Shown here in pieces: positions 1-7,400 of a stretch of DNA of 64,000 nucleotides. The DNA is from a candidate division TM6 bacterium GW2011_GWF2_32_72 (GTDB taxonomy: Bacteria; Babelota; Babeliae; Babelales; GWF2-32-72), in assembly GCA_000989525.1 (NCBI GenBank), contig LBON01000006.1, positions 7,914 to 71,913 on the forward strand, given 5' to 3'. Under the pieces are notes generated by a model. That model was not told where the DNA came from. It worked only from the letters and a program-made list of their open reading frames with translations, and did no database searches. The position numbers and the translations under genes were made by a program. Position 1 is the first letter of the stretch. Each line of letters begins with the position of its first letter.

Positions 1-916
1 CTGCTAAATATTTATTTCCAGATTTATCCCAAACAATTCCATCTCTTAATTCATTTCTAGCTACGCCTAAACCGGATGTAACAGGAGTTCCAAATGAACC
101 ACCTGTCATTGGATAAACTGAAATTTCACTGCCGCCAACATTTCTTAGTGTTGCCAAATAAGCGCCGTCTGATGTCCAATCAACGCCATAAACAATTTGA
201 CCTATTTCTACACCAGACAAAGCGTACAACGTTCCAGATGTAGGGTCTAAAGAATATGTTTGCAGTTCTGCTCCTGCGGCATTAACTGCAGAACCTAACG
301 CTAAAATATAATTTGTAGGGTTCCACGCAACTGAGTTAATATTGGCACCAACATTTACAGAATTTACTAAAGTTAAAACACCATCAACAAAAGAATAAAC
401 TGCAAGATCATTTCCGGCAGTAGTGTTCATTCCAAGAGCAATATATTTGCCGTCACCACTCCACTTAATACTGTTTACCAAATCTGCAGTTGATGCAAAG
501 TCAATCAAAGCTAATAACTTTTGGCCAGCAGGCACGGAGCCACCTCTTAAATATGTTAAAGTACCCTGCAAATCCAATATGTGATTTTTACCAGTGATAC
601 TTCCCAAAGAAAATGTTGTGGATAAACAAGTTAAATTTTGCTTTAAAATTAACTGCCCATTATTTAAATAAATTGGACCAGAAACTTGAAACAAATCATC
701 AAAAATGCAATTAGTTCTGTAATTTTGTAATTGAAAACCACCCTCTATGGACGCAAAACCTAAAATTATATTTGTGTCTATTTCTGGGAAATACTGCAAT
801 GCTGTAACTCTAGAAACGGCAGTGTTGGAACCAACAGTTGCTCCAAAGGCAATAGATGGAAATAAAACCAATATTATAAATAAAATTTTTATATTTTTTT
901 TAATTTTAAACATCAT
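1..916 (-). CDS. Secreted beta-helix/beta-propeller family protein, paralog 1 (partial; C-terminus beyond left window edge)
   Basis: Absent from the ORF track because it is open at the edge. My minus-strand translation from ATGATG (916/913): MMFKIKKNIKILFIILVLFPSIAFGATVGSNTAV...IYLNNGQLILKQNL...GKNHILDL...IKWSGDGKYIALG...VAWNPTNYILALG...VDWTSDGAYLATL. It shares the signal peptide, VGS motif, LNxGxLxL and blade motifs with ORFs 4270-11778. AGGTG lies 7 nt upstream of the ATG. Confidence 0.8.
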   Translation of the reverse strand, partial: MMFKIKKNIKILFIILVLFPSIAFGATVGSNTAVSRVTALQYFPEIDTNIILGFASIEGGFQLQNYRTNCIFDDLFQVSGPIYLNNGQLILKQNLTCLSTTFSLGSITGKNHILDLQGTLTYLRGGSVPAGQKLLALIDFASTADLVNSIKWSGDGKYIALGMNTTAGNDLAVYSFVDGVLTLVNSVNVGANINSVAWNPTNYILALGSAVNAAGAELQTYSLDPTSGTLYALSGVEIGQIVYGVDWTSDGAYLATLRNVGGSEISVYPMTGGSFGTPVTSGLGVARNELRDGIVWDKSGNKYLA

Positions 917-924
917 AAGTACAC

Positions 925-2382
925 CTATGAACTTGCAATTGAATAAGTTATTGAGCCATCCATATTTGTTGATCCAACCAAAACGGAAGAACCGATGCGT
1001 TTGAAATAAGATTTATTACCAAAATAAACAATACCATCTCCAAGATCTAAGCTTGTTGCTAAAATTAAACTAGCATTAGAATAGATCTTTAAATGATTAC
1101 CCGATGTAGGCAAATCCCAAGAACTAACATTAATATTTTTATTAACCAAATTACCCTGAAGCAAACAAAGTTTGGCTCCTTGTTCAAACTGACAAACAAT
1201 ATCATCGACAGAGTTACCAAAGAAGATGCCTTGACTGGCATCAAAATAATCAGTTGCTTCTGAACTTAAATAAGAAGTTCTTTGAATAGTTAAAGTACCT
1301 TTAGTTAATTCCAAATTGGTTACTGTATGAATTGTTGCACCATTTAAAATTAATTCAGAAGTTACATCTGTAAATTCTAATAATTGGCTAGAAGAACTTA
1401 TTGGATCGTAACTAAAAGTTAAGCCTTTATCTAAAATTAATTCACTATTTTTAAAAATGGTACTTGTTGCAACAGATTGATACGCAAAAGTATGAATGCC
1501 CTTGATTTTGACGCTATCTTTTATTTTTAATGCGCCAGAAGTAAAAGAATAATCTGAATCCAAAACCAAAGTTGAATTTTGCAATGTAATTGTAGACCCT
1601 GAATAACACTGAATATTATTTCCACCAACACTTTTTATAATTACATCTCGAATTAAAAGTGATGAATCAGAACCAACTGTTATTTGTCCAGAAGTTCCTA
1701 AATCAAGAACATTTCCATCACCACGAATTGTATTATTACCTGTTAAAGTCATAATAGAAGAAAGTTCTGTAGTTCCACCCAATTTTATTCCAGCAGAACT
1801 TGCAATAGTAATAGAACTAGTCAAATTTAAGTCTCCACCAAATTCAATCATTCTATTATTTGCATTAATAGCGCCAGAACCCGTAAAAGCTTTATCACCA
1901 GTAAACTTTAAATCGTCATTCAAGTTCACGGTACCATTATTAACAACAATATTTTGTGAAATTCTAGATTGCACAGCAACCGTGACAGATGATTCTTCCC
2001 CGCCCAACGTTATATCCCCTGTAAAAACAGGTTGACCTGACAAAGAATTTCCAGTCCCAGAAACTGTTAAATCTGTTATAGTTTCACCCGACGCAGCAAT
2101 AATTGTTCCGCCACCTTCAATTGCTGAAGATGCTGAATTTGGATCATAATTTGAAATTCCACCAAGCGGAACAAGAGCTCCGCCATTTGTAAAAGTTATG
2201 TTTGAACCAGTAACGGTTGAACTGACATCTTTATAAATTGAACCACCAAAATCTGTAATTGGATTATTAACTTGAAATGTAGCGCCAGAATGAAGAATCA
2301 GGCCTACGTTTTTACTTGTAAATTTATAAGTGGCCTGAATTTGAATAAAGAAAAATGCGAATAAAACAAATTTTTTTATCAT
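925..2382 (-). CDS. Secreted parallel-beta-helix-like protein, family paralog 2 (Gly-rich passenger-like N-half, no propeller, C-terminal extension)
   Basis: ORF 485 aa with signal peptide MIKKFVLFAFFFIQIQA. The C-half carries family motifs GDGNVLDLGTSGQITV, FAYQSVATSTIF, FSYDPISSSSQLLEFTDVTSELILNGATIH and LTKGTLTI. Its stop is 8 nt from the start of paralog 1. Confidence 0.85.
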   Translation of the reverse strand: MIKKFVLFAFFFIQIQATYKFTSKNVGLILHSGATFQVNNPITDFGGSIYKDVSSTVTGSNITFTNGGALVPLGGISNYDPNSASSAIEGGGTIIAASGETITDLTVSGTGNSLSGQPVFTGDITLGGEESSVTVAVQSRISQNIVVNNGTVNLNDDLKFTGDKAFTGSGAINANNRMIEFGGDLNLTSSITIASSAGIKLGGTTELSSIMTLTGNNTIRGDGNVLDLGTSGQITVGSDSSLLIRDVIIKSVGGNNIQCYSGSTITLQNSTLVLDSDYSFTSGALKIKDSVKIKGIHTFAYQSVATSTIFKNSELILDKGLTFSYDPISSSSQLLEFTDVTSELILNGATIHTVTNLELTKGTLTIQRTSYLSSEATDYFDASQGIFFGNSVDDIVCQFEQGAKLCLLQGNLVNKNINVSSWDLPTSGNHLKIYSNASLILATSLDLGDGIVYFGNKSYFKRIGSSVLVGSTNMDGSITYSIASS

Positions 2383-2513
2383 ACTACTCTCAATTTGTTT
2401 CCTTCTTCGCTCTTTGAGCTTCGCAGGACAGATTGTTTAAATTTGCATACGACGCTATCAATAAATACCCCAATAAGTCAACATCCAAGTAATCAAAATT
2501 TTATAAATAAATA

Positions 2514-2542
2514 TTGACGAACCAATCAATGCGTGATTTTAT
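2514..2542 (+). promoter_or_regulatory. Candidate sigma70-type promoter for the SET-domain gene
   Basis: TTGACG (2514-2519), 17-nt spacer, TTTTAT (2537-2542), about 30 nt upstream of ATG 2572, with AAGGA as a Shine-Dalgarno. AT-rich hexamers are common here, so support is weak. Confidence 0.3.
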
Positions 2543-2571
2543 GACAAATTAATCAAAAAAGGATTTTTTTA

Positions 2572-3267
2572 ATGAATAATTTACTAAAAAAACTAATAAT
2601 CATTGTTGCGCTAATTCTTTGCGTTATATTAATCAAAAAAAATATTTGGAAAAAAAATCCCGCAATCCATGACCCAAAACAAATTGAAAAAATATTTCTC
2701 CAAATAATATATTCATCTGATACAAAAATTTCTGCCGAAACAAAAAAAATCCTCGATGCCTGTGGTGTACAAAAAAATCTTAAAATGAATGGAATAATAG
2801 ATGAAAATTCACATGAATACCCTCACCTTCTACAACAGGTAATGTCGCACAAAACAGCCAAATGTTACATAAAAAAAATAAGCGATCAAGTAGGATACGG
2901 GTGCTTTGCTGCAGAAACAATCAAAGCCTATGAACTAGTCAGTGAATATACAGGATTGATAAAAACATCCGTGACTGATACACAATACAACTGGGAAATT
3001 CCATTGATGTTTTTTTACAATAACATGCCTTATTCTCTTTATATGGATGGAAAAAATTACGGTAACTTTATGCGTTTTGTTAATGCTTCAAAAAATCCAA
3101 ACATAGATGTCAGATATATTTTTGATAAATCTGGGTATCCCCATGTTCTTTACATTGCAAATAAAAACATAATTAAAGGGGAACAGCTTCTTGTAAGTTA
3201 TGGCAAAAAATATTGGGAACAAAAAGATCGCAAGTTTGTTGAATTAAACAGGTTTGATGTTTATTAA
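2572..3267 (+). CDS. SET-domain protein (lysine methyltransferase-like) with N-terminal membrane anchor/signal
   Basis: ORF 231 aa with N-terminal hydrophobic LLKKLIIIVALILCVILI. SET core: GYGCFAAETIKAYELVSEYTGLI ... MDGKNYGNFMRFVNASKNPN ... YIANKNIIKGEQLLVSYGKKYW. This fits the GxG..EYxG / RFxNHSCxPN / GEELxxDY pattern, with NHS replaced by NAS. Confidence 0.8.
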   Translation: MNNLLKKLIIIVALILCVILIKKNIWKKNPAIHDPKQIEKIFLQIIYSSDTKISAETKKILDACGVQKNLKMNGIIDENSHEYPHLLQQVMSHKTAKCYIKKISDQVGYGCFAAETIKAYELVSEYTGLIKTSVTDTQYNWEIPLMFFYNNMPYSLYMDGKNYGNFMRFVNASKNPNIDVRYIFDKSGYPHVLYIANKNIIKGEQLLVSYGKKYWEQKDRKFVELNRFDVY

Positions 3268-3276
3268 TTTTTATAA

Positions 3277-3483
3277 GGACTCGATCCTTCGACTGAAGGT
3301 AATAGCTCTTCATGAACAGGCTGATGACATCCGTCTTTATTTTTATTTCTAACTCAATATTAAAAATTTAAAAATCTAATTTAACAACAGTTTCATATTT
3401 AAAGCCTACAGAGGCTAGAACAACTCAATAAAATATAAATTAATATGACGGATGTCATCCTGAGCTAGTCGAAGGATCGAGTC
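3277..3483. mobile_element. MITE-like inverted-repeat element, copy 1 (short form, no outer ends)
   Basis: Left arm ggactcgatccttcgac...gatgacatccgtc (3277-3325). Right arm gacggatgtcatcctgagctagtcgaaggatcgagtc (3447-3483). The conserved interior ends aaaatataaattaatat. Flanked by ttataa on both sides. Confidence 0.85.
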
Positions 3484-3529
3484 ATTATAAAAAACAATTG
3501 TTTTTTGCAAGCAAATACGCCTTTACTTT

Positions 3530-3907
3530 ATGCATTTAACAATTAAAATATTATCTTTTAGATCACATATATTCAAAGGCCATGCTGTGAAACAGTTTTT
3601 TGTTTACATTCTTAAATGTCGTTGTGGAAAATTTTACACAGGATTTACATGCAATTTAGAAAGGCGGTTGAGTGAACATAACCAAGGCCTTTGTGAATAT
3701 ACAAAAGAAAGACTCCCTATTACTCTTGTCTTTCATCAAACCTTTCCCTCAATGCATGAAGCTTTTTGCGCTGAACAAAAAATTAAAGGATGGAGCCGAG
3801 ATAAAAAGAAAGCTTTAATAGATAAAAACTTTGATCTCTTATGTATTCTTTCTAAACCTGTCAAAGCTAAAAACAACTTTTTAATAAAGACTCGATCCTT
3901 CGACTAG
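3530..3907 (+). CDS. Small GIY-YIG (URI-domain, COG2827/UPF0213-like) nuclease
   Basis: ORF 125 aa. FFVYILKCRCGKFYTGFTCNLERRLSEHNQG ... AEQKIKGWSRDKK matches the GIY / YxG / R / E / W-R-KK pattern. An in-frame GTG at 3587 would give the usual short N-terminus. The last 6 codons plus TAG (3889-3907) come from the arm of repeat copy 2. Confidence 0.8.
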   Translation: MHLTIKILSFRSHIFKGHAVKQFFVYILKCRCGKFYTGFTCNLERRLSEHNQGLCEYTKERLPITLVFHQTFPSMHEAFCAEQKIKGWSRDKKKALIDKNFDLLCILSKPVKAKNNFLIKTRSFD

Positions 3908-4124
3908 CTCAGGATGACATCCGTCTTTATTTATAACTATTTTTTTGATTATTCTTTCACATCTAAAACGACTATTTAAAATATTTATCGCTATTTATAA
4001 AAATAGCCTCGATCTTAAAACTAACGAAGGATCAAATCAGTTCAAAATTATAAATAAAGACGGATGTCATCCTGAGCCAGTCGAAGGATCGAGTCCTCTT
4101 TTAAATAATTTTTGTATAAACTCT
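3889..4124. mobile_element. MITE-like inverted-repeat element, copy 2 (divergent interior, outer right end present)
   Basis: Left arm gactcgatccttcgactagctcaggatgacatccgtc (3889-3925). Right arm gacggatgtcatcctgagccagtcgaaggatcgagtcc (4059-4096), then the outer end aataatttttgtataaactct. Track ORF 3945-4142 is only a read-through of these arms. Confidence 0.8.
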
Positions 4125-4164
4125 AAAGTTATAAATTTTTGATGTGATCTCTTTTTTTTTCGAT

Positions 4165-4258
4165 TGATGTATAAAAAACAAAGTAAGTTTTGATAAGAAA
4201 TGTATAAAAATCAAAGCAAGTTTTGATCATTTATGTATAAAAATCAAAGTAAGTTTTG
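4165..4258. repeat. Three-unit 33-nt-period tandem repeat
   Basis: Units atgtataaaaa(a/t)caaag(t/c)aagttttg start at 4167, 4200 and 4233. Each has a small atcaaa/tttgat hairpin. The repeat lies just 3' of the stop (4270) of the minus-strand paralog and beside the right end of MITE copy 2. Confidence 0.8.
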
Positions 4259-4269
4259 GTAGAACCAAA

Positions 4270-6318
4270 TTAAACATTGTCGCTCAAAATAAAACCGTCA
4301 CAAATAAAATTAGACCTAAATTCAAAATTTAAATTGTTTTCTGCTATACCATTACCAAAAGAAATGCCTTCTGTAGGTAGCAAGCCTTCTGCGTAAATTG
4401 AAGGTAAATTTTTTAACCTTAATGTGCCATTTGTCAAACGCAATCCCGTTGTTGTTGAATACAAAGTTGCATTATTTAAAGTTAAAATAGATGAAGAATC
4501 AGCCATTACAAATAAATCTCTATTAGCCGTTTGGGGATCGTAAGAAAATGTTGTGCTGCATTCGAAAATTAATTCTGAATCTGATCCCAATTTCAACCCA
4601 CCACTGTTTTGTAAAACGAATTTATGCGAACCCTGAACTTTTACGGTACCGTAGATTTCAAGATTTGCGATTGGCCAAACAAGATCGTCAGAAAGTGCCA
4701 AAACGCAATTTTGCAAAGTCACCGTTGCAGAATTATCAACACAGTAAAATCGGTTAGACTGAACATTGTTTAAATAAATATTTTCTAGTTTAAGCCCTTT
4801 TGAGTCTGTCACCACAATTACGCCATTTATTAAATTTAAAATACTGTTGTTGCCATTTATTCCACAACCACCTTTAAAAGTTACACTTTTTTGTAGATCT
4901 AAATTATTATTTAAATTTAAATAAATATTTTCAAACTTATAAAAATCTGTGATATCCCAAGTTTTTACATATTTTCCGTCAGATTCACCACTGGCAACAA
5001 ATTTTCCATTATGAGAAAATCCAACAGTCCTTACCTTCTGATTAATTTCTTTATTACTCGTTAAATTCAATGTTGTATTTGATGAATTAAAACAAAAAAA
5101 TTTAAGTTCGCTTCCACCTGTTAATGTATCCTGCCCTAAAACAAGCCTGCTGCCATCTAAAGACCAAAAAACATCGTTAACTATTGAAGCTCCAACGTTT
5201 ACACTTACTGCGCTAGAAAGCGTTGTTCCATTAAAATAAACAACATTAAGCCTGTTAGTTCCAGCAGCCAAAGCTGTGGCTATTAAATTTCCAGAAGATC
5301 TATATGAAATTCCGCCAACTGTTCCCGCCATAACTAAAGAATTAACCTGTGTTAAAACGGTTCCATTAAAACTATAAACATAAAGGCTTAAGCCTTCGCC
5401 CATTACTAAATAATTATTTGAAGGGCTCCAGGCTAAACTATGCATCCCAGGAGTTGCACCTGCAACAGGGTCTGTATCAACTGTAGAAACAAATGATCCA
5501 CTAGAATTCATACTGTAAACAATCAAATTGTTTGTGACATGTTTTGTTGCTGCGGCTAGATAATTTCCGTCTGAAGACCAAGCAACACAGTTTGCATCTG
5601 CCCCAATATCTTTGCCTTCAACAAAAGTTAATGCTGGCCCTGCAGGGTTAAATCTCATTACAAAAACTTCTGAACTATTAATAACAGCCTGACTGTTTGA
5701 TTTAGCAGCAACGGCAATTAAATAATCATTTGGATGACAAGCAACATCATAAATATCCGAGTTTGTATCATAGTAAGCAACTAAATTAAGTACACCCGTA
5801 GAACTGACTGAAAAAACTTTAATTTCTTGATTGTCACCGCCTCTTCCAATTGTCACTAAATAATTGTCATCAAACATCCAATCAAGCCCCCAAACTTCTT
5901 GACCACTTAAATAGGAAGATTTTTGAGTTAGATAGGCAGGAAATGTTGCTGGACCATACAAAGCAGAAATAGTTGGTGCCAGGTCCAACATTTTTTGAGA
6001 ACCAAAACCAACAATAGATCCAAGAGATTTTATTTCTGTATCACCCTGCAAAATTAAATCGCGTGCTAAATTTAAAGTTCCACCATTTAATGAAATATCT
6101 CCAAAAACAGGCATAAAAGAATTAAATGTGCAAGTTGCACCACCTGTATCTAAAGAAAAACCAGAATCCATACCTAAAAAACCAGAAATAACATTTTCTG
6201 CATCCACGGGAAATGCTGGAGTTGAACTATTGCGAATTACAGCAGATGTTGAACCAACGGTTATGGGAATAAGAGTTTGAGTTGTAAATATAAGGAGGAA
6301 TAATATTAATTTTTTCAT
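4270..6318 (-). CDS. Secreted beta-helix + 7-bladed propeller family protein, paralog 3
   Basis: ORF 682 aa with signal peptide MKKLILFLLIFTTQTLIPITVGS. N module: GFSLDTGGATCTFNSFMPVFGDISLNGGTLNLARDL. Seven blades (LDWMFDDNYLV, VACHPNDYLIA, VAWSSDGNYLA, LAWSPSNNYLV, ISYRSSGNLIA, VFWSLDGSRLV, VGFSHNGKFVA). C module: FSYDPQTANRDLFVMADSSSILTLNNATLYSTTTGLRLTNGTL. Confidence 0.9.
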   Translation of the reverse strand: MKKLILFLLIFTTQTLIPITVGSTSAVIRNSSTPAFPVDAENVISGFLGMDSGFSLDTGGATCTFNSFMPVFGDISLNGGTLNLARDLILQGDTEIKSLGSIVGFGSQKMLDLAPTISALYGPATFPAYLTQKSSYLSGQEVWGLDWMFDDNYLVTIGRGGDNQEIKVFSVSSTGVLNLVAYYDTNSDIYDVACHPNDYLIAVAAKSNSQAVINSSEVFVMRFNPAGPALTFVEGKDIGADANCVAWSSDGNYLAAATKHVTNNLIVYSMNSSGSFVSTVDTDPVAGATPGMHSLAWSPSNNYLVMGEGLSLYVYSFNGTVLTQVNSLVMAGTVGGISYRSSGNLIATALAAGTNRLNVVYFNGTTLSSAVSVNVGASIVNDVFWSLDGSRLVLGQDTLTGGSELKFFCFNSSNTTLNLTSNKEINQKVRTVGFSHNGKFVASGESDGKYVKTWDITDFYKFENIYLNLNNNLDLQKSVTFKGGCGINGNNSILNLINGVIVVTDSKGLKLENIYLNNVQSNRFYCVDNSATVTLQNCVLALSDDLVWPIANLEIYGTVKVQGSHKFVLQNSGGLKLGSDSELIFECSTTFSYDPQTANRDLFVMADSSSILTLNNATLYSTTTGLRLTNGTLRLKNLPSIYAEGLLPTEGISFGNGIAENNLNFEFRSNFICDGFILSDNV

Positions 6319-7400
6319 TATAAACCTACATTGTCATTCAAAATTAAACCATAAAATTCTAAGTTTGCAGCACCAATTACTCTCAAATTTCCAGCTTCTG
6401 TGCCGTTGCCCAAAGAAATAGATTCAGTTTCTACCTCACCTTCTGCAAACAGATTTGAGTTGTTAGAAACAAGCAGCGTGCCTTTGGTCAAACGCAAGCC
6501 AGTTGTTGTTGAATGCAATGTTCCACCGTTAAGTTCCAAAATTGATGTCTTATCGGTAAAATCTAATAAATCTCTACTGTTTGAAACAGGAGCATAAGAA
6601 AAAGTTACATTTGAATCTAAAATCAAAGATGAGTACGAATTGATTGTAGATATTTGATTAGTTGAATAAATAAATTTACCACTTCCTGTTAACTTAAGAT
6701 CATTATCTACAGTAAATTTACCTACTGAAAAATCTAATGAATCAGAAAAAACCAAATCGACGTCTTGAAATTTAATAATAGATGTAGATGCTGCACATAT
6801 AATTCTATTATTCAAATTATTTAGATTTTTTATTTTTATATTTTTAAGAGTCAATGTTGAATTAGTGCCAACCGCAATAGCTCCTTCATTTTGCAAATCA
6901 ATACAGTGTCCACCGCCATCTAAAAGACTGTTGCCTGCAAATAAAATTGCACTTTGCAAAGATATGTCTGAATTCAAAAAGGTATTTATATTAGACCACT
7001 GATAAACTTGGATTCCAACAGCATTTACGTCACCCACCAAATATGTTTGAGAGGTAGATAAATCTAAAATATGCCCATTGCCAATTATATTTCCCATAAA
7101 ACTCATGGTGCCATTTTTTTCAAAAATAAAATCTGTAAGTAACGTTAGCGAACCACCTTTTAAATTTACAGTTCCACCCACTGGAAAAAAAGAACTAAAA
7201 TTACATGAAGTTGCAACATCAGCAAAAATAAAACCATTTCCCATAGATGCAAAACTAAGAATTGAGTTGGCATTAGTTGGAAAATTAATTTGGATCTCCC
7301 TGCTAACCCCAACATCTGAACCAATAGTAAGAGAACGAATTTGAGTTGGAATTATTATAAAAAAAAGTATTGTTAGTATCCTTTTTAACCAATTCATCAT
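6318..7400 (-). CDS. Secreted beta-helix family protein, paralog 4 (minimal member: N module + C module, no propeller)
   Basis: ORF 360 aa with signal peptide and TIGS motif. CNFSSFFPVGGTVNLKGGSLTLLTDF and GNGHILDL run straight into GGGHCIDLQNEGAIAV ... FSYAPVSNSRDLLDFTDKTSILELNGGTLHSTTTGLRLTKGTL. Its stop overlaps the start of paralog 3 by 1 nt. Confidence 0.9.
   Translation of the reverse strand: MMNWLKRILTILFFIIIPTQIRSLTIGSDVGVSREIQINFPTNANSILSFASMGNGFIFADVATSCNFSSFFPVGGTVNLKGGSLTLLTDFIFEKNGTMSFMGNIIGNGHILDLSTSQTYLVGDVNAVGIQVYQWSNINTFLNSDISLQSAILFAGNSLLDGGGHCIDLQNEGAIAVGTNSTLTLKNIKIKNLNNLNNRIICAASTSIIKFQDVDLVFSDSLDFSVGKFTVDNDLKLTGSGKFIYSTNQISTINSYSSLILDSNVTFSYAPVSNSRDLLDFTDKTSILELNGGTLHSTTTGLRLTKGTLLVSNNSNLFAEGEVETESISLGNGTEAGNLRVIGAANLEFYGLILNDNVGL

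Noticed and set aside
747-1004. 85-aa plus-strand ORF at the paralog 1 / paralog 2 junction
   Set aside because: It is antisense to the N-terminus of paralog 1, whose minus-strand frame has the family motifs. There is no independent support for it.
2400-2435. ccttcttcgctctttgagcttcgcaggacag, reminiscent of another class of REP-like palindrome half-site
   Set aside because: It occurs only once in the window with no inverted partner nearby. There is not enough evidence to call it a repeat.
3945-4142. 65-aa ORF inside repeat copy 2, and the 43153 start extension of crcB
   Set aside because: Both are read-throughs of repeat arms (..GCHPEPVEGSSPL..). The same arm sequence is non-coding at the other loci.
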